64,000 nt of DNA from Octopus sinensis (GCF_006345805.1 NC_042997.1:199144001-199208000); one strand, 5' to 3'. Shown: positions 11,713 to 24,712, numbered from the stretch's first letter. Numbers and translations are program-made. Notes: a model not told the origin generated them from the letters alone.

Positions 11713-12751
11713 TATATATATACACACAAGTTTACACATATACTCAGATATGCACATATAAAAATATATGCACACATACGTACATATATGTCTATTAAAT
11801 AATCTGTAATGATTTTATAGAAGTGTATCATTTACTAATAGTAAGATAAATCTACATATAATTTTGTTTCACCAAATACGATTTTTCAAAGTTTGATAAA
11901 TAAAAATATTAATATCATAAATTTCAAACCACCAGTGGATACAACAAATAAAATAATACTGAAAAAAAAAGAACTTTACATGGGAAGTCACATGATGTGT
12001 TCATAAGGCAGGAAAGAAAAAGATATAAAAAGTATTTTAAAATCAGATAGAACCAGAAAAAAATGTGAAAAAATAACTGCCCTTTGATGAAATAGTAGTT
12101 AGTGTATATGTAATGTCACTATTTATTTACAAATATAATTGCAAATGATTAACATTCAGAAAAATCTACTATTTGTGAGAGTTGGTTGTGTGTGTACGTG
12201 TGTTACACTGAATACTTGTCTGTGTTAATGTTTTATCTTTCTATCAAGTTTTTTTTTCATGTTATTAGTGAGACATCACGTCTGTTTTCACCAGTGACAG
12301 ATATATCACGTCCTTCTACACCAAAGACACAACTGCAGATACTCACATGGCAGCAGCGAATGTCCATAACACAGACAGAAAAAATTATAATTCTTACAGA
12401 GAAGAATATTTAGAATCTCCTTCATAAATAAAGCAGTAAGAAATCCACAAAATAAAACAGACGTTGGTCAACAAGTCAACTCTAATACATTAATAAACTA
12501 AGCTACAAAATAATACAAAAAATACACTGACAAAATCCATCCAATATCATACTTATTAAAAATATAGTAATTATTCATAAAGTATATACGAATCAAATAA
12601 GTGTACACATTACTAAAGACCACATAAACAAAGCTGGCAAAAACCAGAACGCATTATGTAAAACTTCCTCAGAAAAACACAAACTGCATGATAACAAATT
12701 ATAGACTGACACAATATGTTTCTCCTCACAATATGTTTAAACCTACACACC

Positions 12752-12983
12752 TATTTCTCTACTACCCACAAGGGGCTAAACATAGAGTGGAGAAACAAGG
12801 ACAGACAAACAGATTAAGTCGATTGCATCGACCACAGTGCGTAACTGGTACTTAATTTATCGACCCCAAAAGGACGAAAGGCAGAGTCGACCTGGGTGGA
12901 ATTTGAACTCAGAACATAACAGCAGACGAAATACGGCTACGTATTTCGCGCGGCGTGCTAACGTTTCTGCCAGCTCGCCGCCT
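12752..12983 (-). mobile_element. SINE family B (GAGCTGGCAGAAACGTTAGC head) with 18-bp TSD
   Basis: TGTTTAAACCTACACACC at 12734-12751 and 12984-13001. Contains the family TTCTGAGTTCAAATTC and CCTTT(C/T)G.GGTCGATAAATTAAGTACCAG motifs. Confidence 0.9.
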
Positions 12984-13384
12984 TGTTTAAACCTACACAC
13001 CATCCACTAACCCACACCCCATTATCCCATGCCACTACATTCTCATACTTGCACAACTGCATAGACCCCATACCACACACACATACACATCTCCCATTAT
13101 ACCCATCTCTATGCATAGCTACCCTCCTATACATGCACATATAATCCCAGCGCCTCTTTCCTTCCTTCCTAACTGTCCCCACTGAACTGCATGCCCATCT
13201 GGTTCCTAACCCCTTTTTCCTAGCCACCTTTTCTTTTTCTTTCCATTTTTCTCATCAGCTTTCTCATTTTTTATCTTTTCTGATGAAGAACTAGTGTCCA
13301 AAACATTAAGACTCTCTTCTTTTAAAGCATTAAGCTAATTCAGCATTTGTTAAAACTTATCCCTCTCATGATGTCTTCTTTTTC

Positions 13385-13606
13385 GTGCTCTTGCCAGTGC
13401 CACCTGACTGGCCCTCATGCCGGTGGCACGTAAAAGCACTCACTACACTCTCAGAGTTGTTGGCATTAGGAAAGGCCTCCAGCTGTAGAAATTCTGCCAG
13501 ATCAAGATTGGCGCCTGGTGCAGCCATCTGGTTCGCCAGTCCTCAGTCAAATCGTCCAACCCATGCTAGCATAGAAAGCAGATGTTAAATGATGATGATG
13601 ATGATG
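13385..13606 (+). mobile_element. RTE-3'UTR-type short repeat
   Basis: GGTGGCACGTAAAAGCAC...GGCATTAGGAAAGGC..., with (ATG)n tail. Confidence 0.8.
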
Positions 13607-14315
13607 TAGATATAATGATCTGTTCTCACCTGAAGATTAAAGAGATATGAAACTCAAATCATGAGATAAAATTTCAGTTTCAGTAAACTATATGAGTGTG
13701 TATGCACACACACATATTTATATATATATACACACACGATTAGGCACTGTAAACAAAATGTAACTAAAGAGTAGACCATAGAGTTTATGATATGTTACTT
13801 ATGTTGGACATCCTTCCGATTACATAACTACTAATAAAACCAAGCCATAAAAACACCCAGGTATAAAATATTTAAATACAATAATGTACAGATGCATTGC
13901 ACACCCATGTTAAACAGTCGCAGTGACATGTACACACACAGTTTGACAAGCATACGCACATAGACATTTGTATAGACAAGAAGAAGAAAAATACACGCAG
14001 ACTGCAAAACACAAACATAACTGCTGCTCAGAATGCTTGACTTATAATTCAAACAGAATAAGAGAAGATTTACCGCTATCCTGATTTTAAAAATCAATAG
14101 CTTATAGATATATACATACATATGTACACATGTAAATACATACATATATACATACATACATGCATATATATGTATGTATATATTAATGTGTTAACTTTAG
14201 TAAAAAAACTGGAAGCTATAGAAAATATTTATATTTCTCAGTATTATACATAGTAATGTAAAAACAGATATAATTTGTCTGACGCAAGTAAAACACACAT
14301 TGCATATATGTGTAT

Positions 14316-14741
14316 ATAGGTGTAGGAGTGGCTGTGTGGTAAGTAGCTTGCTTACCAACCATATGGTTCCGGGTTCAGTCCCACTGCATGGCACCTTGGG
14401 CAAGTGTCTTCTACTATAGCCTAGGGGCCAACCAAAGCCTTGTGAGTGGATTTGGTAGACGGAAACTGAAAGAAGCCCGTTGTATACATGTATATATATA
14501 TATATGTCTGTGTGTGTATGTTTGTGTGTTTGTGTTTGTCCCCCCCAACATCGCTTGACAACCGATGGTTGTGTGTTTACGTCCCTGTAACTTAGCAGTT
14601 CGGCAAAAGAGACTGATGGAATAAGTACTAAGCTTACAAAGAATAAGTCCTGGGGTCGATTTGCTCAACTAAAGGCGGTGCTCCAGCATGGCCACAGTCA
14701 ATTGACTGAAACAAGTAAAAGAGTAAAAAGAGTAAAGAGAG
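14316..14741 (+). mobile_element. SINE family A copy
   Basis: Full head AGGAGTGGCTGTGTGGTAAG through tail GAAACAAGTAAAAGAG. Confidence 0.85.
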
Positions 14742-14999
14742 TCTTCCTTCATCACTCTCCACGACCAAACACACTCTCTCACTGATCGCAAACATATACA
14801 CACACATACTCTTTGACAAAACGTATACCTGAATCACACACAGATACTTTATTCTGTCTCTGTACTTCTGACCATTTACCATAAAGTTCCACAGACACAA
14901 TAATAACTCACACTTATATATATACACACACATGCATGCGTGTGTGTGTGTGCACTTTGTTCTTTCAATGATTTCATGTCCCTCACCTTAATCTTTTGT

Positions 15000-15345
15000 C
15001 TTCTATTATTTACTTGTTTCAGTCATTAGTCTGCAGCCATTTTGGGACACTGTCTTGCAGAAGTTTTAGTCGAATAAATCAACCCTGGTTTTTATTATTT
15101 TTTTTTTTTGGACCTGGTATTTTTTGTATTGGTCTGTTATGGGGACATAAACACACCAACACTGGTTGTCAATGAGTGGTGGGGGACAAACATAAATACA
15201 GACACACACACACACGTGACAGGCTTCTTTCAATTTCCACCTCTCAAATCCATTCACAAGGCTATAGTAGAAGACACTTTCCCAAGGTGCCATGCAGTGG
15301 GACTGAACCTGGAATCATGTGGCTGAGAAGTGCTTTCTGATTTAC
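15000..15345 (-). mobile_element. SINE family A, degenerate
   Basis: Tail, middle and head motifs recognisable. Confidence 0.65.
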
Positions 15346-15649
15346 GCAGGTACACCAAAATAAACGCAGACTTGCTTAACTCCATACAAGTTCTCATATT
15401 TAACCAAAACTTACTTTTAGCTGTACACATATAAAAACGCCCCTGTTCATATTGCACATGCTATTTACCTCTCAACCCTATCCTGCACCACTTCCCCAAA
15501 ATATTCACATACACACACACACACATGCTTTTACAGCATCACACATACACTAACATCACACATACACCACCCAGTTTACACACACACACACACATTCATC
15601 CACACAAATAAAAAAACCCAATCCACATGAAGACATGCTTTACCACATG

Positions 15650-15758
15650 CCCCACCTACACACCAGCCCCACCTACCTTCACCAGCTCCCACCTACCTTC
15701 ACCAGCCCCCATCTACCTTCAACAGCCCCACCTACCTTCACCAGCCCCACCTACCTTC
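15650..15758. repeat. about 19-20-bp C-rich minisatellite (about 6 copies)
   Basis: GCCCCACCTACCTTCACCA unit. Confidence 0.8.
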
Positions 15759-15844
15759 CTGACTGCACCTCATGGCATTTCCTCCCTGTTTTTATAGCCT
15801 GCTGTTTTCCCTTACCTTTTTCCACCCTAATTTTTATTATGTTT

Positions 15845-16270
15845 AAGGTGGTGAGCTGGCAGAATCGTTAGCACGCTGGGCGAAATGCTTAGTGTATTTC
15901 GTCTACCATTACGTTCTGAGTTCAAATTCCACCAAGGTCGATTTTTGCCTTTCATCCTTTCAGGGTTGATAAATTAAGTACCAGTTACACACTGGAGTCG
16001 ATGTAATCGACTTAATACCTTTGTCTGTCCTTGTTTGTCCCCTCTATGTTTAGCCCCTTGTGGGCAATAAAGAAATAAGAATCATTACTTCACCAGAAAA
16101 TATGCTTAGCAGTATTTCTTCCAACTTTATGTTACGAGTTCAAATGCTACTGGGGTCGACTTTGCCTTTTATCCTTTCAGGGCCAATAAAATAAGTACCA
16201 GTTACATACTGGGATAGTTGTAATTACTTGCACCCTCTCCAAAATTGCTGGCCTTGTGTCAAGATTTGAA
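15845..16270 (+). mobile_element. two adjacent SINE family B copies
   Basis: Two sets of GAGTTCAAA...GTCGA.TTTGCCTTT motifs. Confidence 0.75.
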
Positions 16271-16407
16271 ACCAATATTACTATGTTTTCAGACACTCGC
16301 CCTCTCTATGTTCCTATGTTTTCCACTTTTGTTGTCTTTCCTCTCAGAAGAATGACTTTTGGTTAAAACATCAGTCACTTGATTCTTTTTACAAGCATTA
16401 AAATTTA

Positions 16408-17386
16408 AATCCAGACGTAGTATTCATCAGCTGTTAGACATTATATTATGTCTATTTATTTATTTTAAACAGTTTAGATAATATATAAATACTTGTGTAA
16501 AGTACCAGTAATTTCTAGAATAGAGAAAGAAGAGCAGTTTCTTACAGCTGTATCTGCCAAGAGGTCACAGTACCCCATATGTTATTTCCATCTTTTCAGT
16601 GTACTGTAGTAATCTATAGATAAAATTAGAGTACTTGGATATACCTCTAAGCTTCATTAGAGAGTTTTATAAGATAGTCCAAGAAGTTCATAGGGTTAAT
16701 TTATGCATATATATATATATATATATAAAGCTGAAGTTGTCTGTGTATGGCAGGTTTGGTAGCCTTCAACTCACACTATCTCCTCCGAGACCCTGCAGCA
16801 CAAGTAGACCAAAATTGAGAGTATGATAGAAGAAGGCTTGCTCTTCCTTCCGTAGAAGAAAAAATTCAAATCGGACCATGTTAACACCAAAAATTATTTA
16901 CATCAAAAAGGTGCTTTTTTTTTCTATGAAAATCCCTATGTTTTACGATTTTTTGACTGCTGTGTTGCCATTTTTCGGTGTATTTCAACCAAAAAAATGT
17001 TCACTTAAAGAGTATAACAAGCTACATAAGGCAAAATTTTTACTTTTCAAAAATTCCAATTCTAAAGGGTCGAAAAGAAAACAAGCCCGAGCAACGCTGG
17101 GCTATACTGCTAGTATATATATACATACACTCATAAATACATTCATATACATGCACACATGCATGCATATATGCATGTACATACTTATAACAGAATTAGT
17201 TATTAGTAGGTGTAGTACAAAATTCTTATTAGAGAATGCATAAAAAGAGAAAGAGAAATAATAGTATAATCGAAGAAAATAATAGAGTTTGAGAGGGGTA
17301 CATTTATTTAGAAATGTATTTATATATTATCTGAACTAACAGCTGATGAATACTACCTCTGGATTCCCTTCATTTTCTTCTTGCCA
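16408..17386. mobile_element. non-autonomous long-TIR element containing a Helitron-type insertion
   Basis: 16408-16437 and 17336-17365 are inverted repeats (29/30), with further degenerate inverted similarity inward. Confidence 0.6.
16722..17113 (+). mobile_element. non-autonomous Helitron-type element
   Basis: 3' hairpin GCCCGAGC-AAC-GCTGGGC (17085-17102), then CTAG|T at 17110-17114. Inserted in a TA tract. Confidence 0.7.
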
Positions 17387-17389
17387 CAT

Positions 17390-17692
17390 ATCTATCTATT
17401 TATCTATCTATCTGTCTGTCTGTCTGTCTGTCTCTCTACCTATCTATCTACCTCCCTCCCTACCTACCTATTTATCTATCTATCTACCTACCCAAACCCA
17501 CCTACCTCCCTTCCTCCCTACCTACCTCCCCACCCTCCTACCTACCTACCTACCAACCAACATACCTACCCACCCACCTACCTACCAACATACCTACCCA
17601 CCTACCTACCTACCAACATACCCACCCACCTACCTACCCACCCACCTACCTACCTTCCAATATACCCACCCACTCAACTACCTACCTACCTA
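17390..17692. repeat. (CTAT)n/(CCTA)n/(ACCC)n compound tetranucleotide repeat
   Basis: Direct reading. Confidence 0.9.
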
Positions 17693-17699
17693 GTGCATA

Positions 17700-18560
17700 A
17701 GGTATTTGAGGACAGATTTATGTTTATAAAAAACCAGATATATAATAACAGATAATAACTTTGTCTATCAGAAAATACTATGAGGATAAAATAAACCTTC
17801 TTTCCCATAATGTTATTAAATAAAGCCACCTTTCAACAACTGCTTCTATATGAGATCTAAATCATCTACATGCTCGAATCAAATGTCCTGGTTCATTTTG
17901 GACAGTACTCTGACTATGGAGATTTCAAGGTATCTTTGGTGTTATGGGCATGTTCATTGACCTCTCTCTCAACAACGCTCCTCATGTAAATAGTCCAATG
18001 GACTGAGATCTGGAAAATTAGGAGGCCAAATATTAAGGGTTATGTGATCATGGAAACTTTCAACCATCCATTCCTGTGTTACTAGAGCCATGTGTGATAG
18101 TGCAGAGCCTTACTGAAACACATATGGCCTTCCATTGCATACACTGTCTATCCAGGGCTTAAAAATTATTTCCAGGACTTCAATGTAGACAGCAGAGTTA
18201 ACTATAAGGCCTTGTGGAAAGAAGTAAGGAGGCATCACATGTCCTTCATTGCTAACAACCATGACAGTTGCTGGAAATTTTGTATGCATAACACTTTGAA
18301 CTTCAGAAGGGTCTCCACATAACCATCTGTCATTTTTTCTGTTAACTTTTTGCTCTTGGTTGAAGTGTTTCTTGTTTAAGAAAAAATAAATCAAATCTTC
18401 TTCTGCTTGATTTTTCAGTTTGTTTACACACTCAGGTTTTTCAAAACTGGTCACATTCTTAATGACACGAAAGAAGCCATCTTCAATTAGTGAATTTCAA
18501 AAGTCACCCAAGTTATACATTCTCTCTGCTTGTTTAAAAGTGTCCATGAATTAAATGACA
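17700..18560 (-). mobile_element. second maT-type Tc1/mariner transposase relic
   Basis: HTKFPATVMV..EGHVMPPYFFPQGL.VN..YIEVL...KPWI...GRPYVFQ, then WPPNFPDLSPLDY; stops and frameshifts present. Confidence 0.75.
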
Positions 18561-18929
18561 ACCATCTTTGTTTTCAATTATGGATCTTTTGAAGTGTAAA
18601 CTTCATAAAGAGCAGCAGCAGTGTAGGATTCAACTATCATCATCATCATTGTTCGACCGTGGTCGAGACTTTCATAGTCTTTTCAAATGGCTAATAATGT
18701 GTGCGCGAGCCACTACTACACACATTGGAAAGCATTGTACAACCAAGTACTAAAGAAGATCTTTCCTACTCCATGAAACAAAGCTGTTCCTGCTGGACGT
18801 CAACCCAGTATTTCTAAGCTACGGACCAAGTGATTTATTGTAAGGTTATCTCCCTAGATAGATTGCCTTCACTACGGCTAAGGAGCCCTTTAACTATGCT
18901 CATTCCCAGAGAATCATGACTGCTTCTAA

Positions 18930-19347
18930 CTTACCTATTTCTTTACTACCCACAAGGGGCTAAACACAGAGAGGACAAACAAGGACAGACAAACGGATTG
19001 TCGATTATATCGACCCCAGTGCATAACTGGTACTTATTTAATCAACCCCGAAAGGATGAAAGGCAAAGTCGACCTCAGCGGAATTTGAACTCAGAATGTA
19101 AAGACAGACGAAATACCTATTTCTTTACTACCCAGAAGGGGCTAAACACAGAGAGGACAAACAAGGACAGACAAACAGATTAAGTCGATTATATTGACCT
19201 CAGTGCATAACTGGTAGTTATTTAATCGACCCTGAAAGGATGAAAGGCAAAGTCGACCCCGGCAGAATTTGAACTCAGAACGTAGCGGCAGACGAAATAC
19301 TGCTAAGCATTTCGCCCGGTGTGCCAATGTGTCTGCCAGCTCGCCGT
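18930..19347 (-). mobile_element. tandem SINE family B pair (period about 182 bp)
   Basis: ACCTATTTCTTTACTACCC recurs at about 18932 and 19114; only one head, at 19290-19347. Confidence 0.85.
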
Positions 19348-19770
19348 CTTGCTTCTAATTTACCTCCACTTACCATGTACCCTTATGAGTGAGGAAACTA
19401 CAAAAGTGTCACGTAATACTTCAACTATTTGCAATCTTTCTTTATATCTGTTATCCATGAACCACTTTGCAGAAGAAAGTATCTGTGCAATGAAGCTATA
19501 TATGGGTATTGAGGGTGGTGTTCATTTCTCAGTTTCCCTGTCTTCACTGGGTAGGAATAGATCTGATGATAACGGTGACCCTAGATGCAGGAAACTGCCA
19601 AAAGTCCAATCTGTCTGAAACTATCTCTTAGCTAATTGTCACAGCTTGTTATTGATTCAATGCGTACTTCTCTCTCTTAGCATTGTCTTCCTCAACTCAT
19701 TCATAAAGTCTGCAGTGCTGTTAGGTCACTGCCACCACAGCTAAGGTGTATGATCCAGAGTATATCACAC

Positions 19771-20008
19771 AATTAAGGCGGCAAGCTGCCAGAAACGTTA
19801 GCACACCGGGCGAAATGCATAGCCATATCTCGTCTGCCATTACGTTCTGAGTTCAAATTCCGCCGAGGTCAACTTTGCCTTTCATCCTTTCGGGGTCGAT
19901 AAATTAAGTACCAGTTACGCACTGGGGTCGATATAATCGAATTAATCCGTGTGTCTGTCCTTGTTTGTTCCCTCTGTGTTTAGCCCCTTGTGGGTAGTAA
20001 AGAAATAG
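19771..20008 (+). mobile_element. SINE family B with 11-bp TSD
   Basis: GTATATCACAC at 19760-19770 and 20009-20019. Confidence 0.85.
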
Positions 20009-20937
20009 GTATATCACACCCTAAAGGGTCTTACAACATGTTTATTCACCATCCTGAGTATTTCCATATCACCTTTACAAATTCATATTCCCTATTCACA
20101 ACAAATCCATAATTCTCAAGGTTACAAAATTTGGTTCACCCTTCGCAGAATTCAATTAACTTCGATTTCTGTGTTCAATATTTACTGTAAAGTGCAGCAT
20201 ATCAGCAAGTACAGTTCAACTATACTCAAAGCTATTACTATATATCTATATATCTCAAAATACATCAGAAATGCACTGTAAAGCCGGAATCATAATAAAG
20301 GGCTCGTAAATTATTGATAGTTCTCTTTGTGACTTCATGAATGCAGTCAGTTTTCAGAAAACATATGCCTTGAATTGTATCTTTTAAAATCCAGTTAGCA
20401 TACAGAATGTTATATTCATTTATATTACCCTAAACCTAGATTATTGAGCCATTTGATCTATCTCTGCTTTATGATGCATTCCTTTTATGGCCAAAATACA
20501 AATCTAATGATGCAGAACTCTCACTAATGGTCAAATTCTGGTTGTAAACTCTTTATTAACATAATTTGCCCACTATAAAAGCAAGCAGTACAGAAAGCAA
20601 CAGCACTCCATATCCTCAAGATATGGTTGAAATAGCCTGAAAACATTGAATAAGAAGTTATTTGAGACTTTTTATTGTTGTAGATGAACTATAATAGTGT
20701 GATATGCAGATATGAACAACTCTAATAAAAATGATTAAATTAGATCATAGCCGTGTTTATAATATATAATGACTAAAAAAAATGAAAAAGAAAGCTGTTC
20801 TCCATAAATACAAATGTCTTTACACACATATTTATATTCTTTTTCCTTGCTTCAGTCATTGGACTGCAGCCATACTGGAGCACTGCTTTGATTGGTTTAG
20901 CCAATCAAATCAATTCCAATGCTTATTTTTTTTTTTT

Positions 20938-21152
20938 TCATCATCGTTTAACGTCCGCTTTCCATGCTAGCATGGGTTGGACGGTTCGACCGTGGTCTGG
21001 GAAGCCAGGAGGCTGCACCTGGCCCAGTCAGCTGTAGAAACACTGCCAGATCAGACTGGAGCCTGGTGCAGCCGCCTGGCTTCCCAGACCCCGGTCGAAC
21101 CGTCCAACCCATGCTAGCATGGAAAGTGGACGTTAAACGATGATGATGATGA
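20938..21152. repeat. inverted pair of RTE-3'UTR-type repeats (about 90-bp arms)
   Basis: 20938-21028 pairs with 21055-21146. Confidence 0.85.
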
Positions 21153-21156
21153 TTTG

Positions 21157-21470
21157 GTACTTGTATTATATTGGTCTATTTTGCTGAACAGCTAAGTTAG
21201 AGGGATGCAAGCAAGCTAATGCCGATTGTCAAGCAGTGACAGGGACAAAGACACACACACACACACATCATCATATACATGTTTATATACACACACATAT
21301 ATATATACACACAGCAGGTGTTCTCACATTTCCTGTCTACCAAATTCATTTGCAAGGGGTTGGTTGGCCAAGGGCTGCAGCAGAGGACCCTTGCCCAAGG
21401 TGCTGCATAATGGGACTTAGCTCCCAACCAGATACTAGTGAAGTACACTTCTTAACCACACAGCTATGCC
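21157..21470 (-). mobile_element. SINE family A, degenerate
   Basis: Middle and head motifs (CTTGCCCAAGGTGC) present. Confidence 0.6.
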
Positions 21471-22384
21471 TGCCCCACCTCCCCACCCTCCTCCTCACCC
21501 TTATATCTTTCCAGAGGGCATCCAGCCATAAAATCTATGCTGAAACAGACACAGAAGCATGGTACAGGCCCCTGTCTGGCCAGCTCTTGTCAAACCATCC
21601 AACCCATGCCAGCATAGGAGGACATCAAACGATGATGATGATGATGATGACCTCTGTCCCATCTAACCATCTCTCCTCACGTTCTTATGAAATTTCCCCT
21701 TTGCCCCCACCCCCACCAGTCCAAACCTCTGTATCACTTCACCCGTATCCTCCCCCATTGCACCTTGATGTTATGTCCTGACACATATCCACCACCATTG
21801 CCCTCACTCTCTCCATCCCTTTCTTTCTCTCTAAGTCTCTCCCTCTCTCTTCTTCTCCATGTGGAACATCTTTTTATCGCTTCTACAGCAAGACACCCCT
21901 CTCTCTCTCTTTCCTTCTATTATTCTTTTAGCCTCTCATCAACTGGCATGAAGTTACCTCCCTCAATACTGTCCCCCATAATCAAGGGGACTTTGTCTTG
22001 GCTTGCAAGTTACTTGGTGACCCTGCTGGTGCTGGTGTCACAAAAATGCACCCAGTACCCTCTGTAAAGTGGTTGGCATTAGAAAGGGCATCCAGCTGTA
22101 GAAACCAAGCCAAAATCAACAATAGAATATAACAAAGCTTTCTGGGTTACCAGTTCTTGTCAAACCATCCAACCCTTGGAGGAGAATAGATGTTAAATGG
22201 TGATGATGATGATACACATACACATATTTGTTCATTTAATGTTCATTCTTTTTCCATGCTGATATAACTTGGCTGAAGACTTATTACTAAGGAACAGTTA
22301 TACAACTGATTGTTCTTGTCACCCTCTCTTTAACTCTCTCTCTCTCTCCAGTGTGTATATGTATGTGTGACATATAGTTTGATA

Positions 22385-23008
22385 TTAAACATTGTCGTGC
22401 TTGAGAAGACCCGGCAAGCCAAATGAGACCATAACCTCGTGGCCTATGCCAGGGGTGTAACCAGCCCACTTATGCGTACCTTTCCTTCATTGGACACTAA
22501 ACTCAGCTTGTGAAGACCTGTTGAGGCAAGTGAAATCGAAATCAAATTCAATGACTGGCATCTCGTGCTAGTGGAGCACTAAGAGCACCATCTGAGCATG
22601 ATCGTTGCCAGAGCAGCTAACTGGCTTCCATGCTGGTGGCACGTAAACAGCACCATTTGAACGTGATCATTACCAGCATCACCTTACTGGCACTTGTGCT
22701 GGTGGTACGTAAAAAAACATTCAAGTGAGGTTGTTGCCAGTGCCGCTGGACTGGCTCCTGTGCAGGTGGCACATAAAAAACACCATTTGAGCATAGCTGT
22801 TGCCAGTACCACCTGACTGGCTCTCGTGCCGGTGGCACGTAAAAGCACCCACTACACTCTCGGAGTGGTTGGCGTTAGGAAGGGCATCCAGCTGTAGAAA
22901 CTCTGCCAGATAAGATTGGAGTTTGGTGCAGTCATCTGGTTCGCTCATCCTCAGTCAAATCGTCCAACCCATGCTAGCATGGAAAGCGGATGTTAAATGA
23001 CAATGATG
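22385..23008 (+). mobile_element. about 620-bp non-coding element ending in the RTE 3' UTR, with internal approximately 60-bp repeats
   Basis: Co-linear inverse copy at 52418-53040. Four GGTGG(C/T)AC(G/A)TAAA units and an (ATG)n tail. Confidence 0.8.
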
Positions 23009-23414
23009 ATATATACATATATATTCACATATATATATATATGTGTGACGTTAAACGATGATGATGATGATGAATAATTCTGATATCTTAGTGTTTGTCA
23101 TTTGTTTACAATAATAAAATTCTGTGATGTCTTTACTAAAAGGTTAGTGTCGATCACATGTAATCACATTTCCGAATTTCCCATATGAACATGAAATGTT
23201 TCTGTGATGCTTTTGAAAACTTTTATGTCGATATCTTTATAACCTTTCAGCTATGGTTTTAGGAATCCAGGTTTGTAGCAATCATTGGATAACAGAAATG
23301 CTTTGGGGTATTTTATTATGGTTTATCACATTCTGAGTTCAAACCTGCTGAGGTCTACTTTGCCTTTCATCCTTTCAGGGTCAATAAAATAAAGAAGCTG
23401 AAATAGAAATCAAT

Positions 23415-23890
23415 GATATGCATAAGATCTAGTATCAAATCTAATTAGAGATTTCAAACTTAAAATATTCAAAGCCACAGTCGAACCAATTCTACTATAT
23501 GGCTCAGAAATCTGGACGTTATCAAAGAAGCTTGAGAGGTGGTTGGATGGAACTTACACTAGCCTCCTTATGAGAGCTCAAAATATCTCGTGGAAATATC
23601 CAACCAAAGTATAAATATATGGGAAATTACCACCTGTATCATCTCTTGTAAAAAGTAGAAGAGTCCAGTTTGCTGGACATTGTTGTAGAGCTGAAAACGA
23701 GGTAATTTTTACTCTTCTCCTCTGGAAACCATCTGCTCGCGATACCAGAGTGCGCAAGGTCTCCTACCCTGATGTAATCTCCAGGGATACAGGCATCCAG
23801 CAACAGGACCTCTGTAAATGCTATGATAGACCGTGAAGTCTGGCATAACATAGTAAATTCCATTGTCTCGACCACGGTTGAACAATGGGT
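23415..23890 (+). mobile_element. decayed RTE-like LINE 3' fragment (second family)
   Basis: KLKIFKATVEPILLYGSEIWTL...RRVQFAGHC..., with frameshifts. Its end GTCTCGACCACGG.TGAACAATG recurs inverted near 18645-18670. Confidence 0.75.
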
Positions 23891-24670
23891 GAAATGAAGA
23901 AATCAATATATCAGATTCAAAGAAAATAGCCATGAGTGAGATTGCTCACCTCCCATATAAATTTATTTTCTCTTACTTTAATACCTATCTTATGCCTATT
24001 TCAGAATTGTTTCAGGAATTAAATTTTAATAATTTTCCTAAATTTATGACATTTTTCAGGTAAAATATTCAATATTAATGCAATAGATAATGAGTGTATA
24101 AAGAGAAATGTGTTCAGGCACAGATTGGAGACCCTCAGGTATGGTTCATTGCATTGTTGCTTTATCCTTTGCATTTGCTACGTAAATCCTAATATAAATT
24201 TGGGGTCAGGGATTGCCAGGAACATATCCGACTAGGCAAACCCTCAGAATGATTTCTGATGAGACAAAAGATTATTTTGTCCATTGCATTCAAATCAGCT
24301 CTGAAATATTTCTCAGTTATTTGTGTGATGCTGGATTGATGAAAGGCAAAAATGGTTCGTGATGGGAATTCAATTTGGAAAATATCAAGAAGAAAACTCG
24401 ATACTTTAGGCTATTTAATGGGGGGAAAAAAAAAAAGCATTACTTTTTCTGTTATCCTCTGAAATACATATAATAATAAAAGCTTCAGCCAACTAAGCCA
24501 TCGTTGTTTTGTAGTCTGTTGATGACTTAGTTGGCCGAGACTTCAAAGTCACTCTCAACAACATTCTTGCTTAAGAATAATAAATTAATACTCAACAAAA
24601 CTATAGAGTAACACATCCAATTAATGTAAAATTGTTTTTATTATAACTGAGCATGAAACAAACATTATTA

Positions 24671-24709
<39 letters not shown>

Positions 24710-24712
<3 letters not shown>

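Noticed and set aside
17346-17755. Pro/Thr/Tyr-rich ORFs
   Set aside because: Translations of (CCTA)n/(ACCC)n repeats.
22400-22540. Possible HDV-like or twister ribozyme
   Set aside because: I could not assign P1/P1.1/P2/P3 or twister pseudoknots by eye, so it is not claimed.
24256-24281. CTGATGA followed by a perfect 7-bp stem, resembling half a hammerhead
   Set aside because: No GAAA after the stem and no stem I partner, so the core is incomplete.
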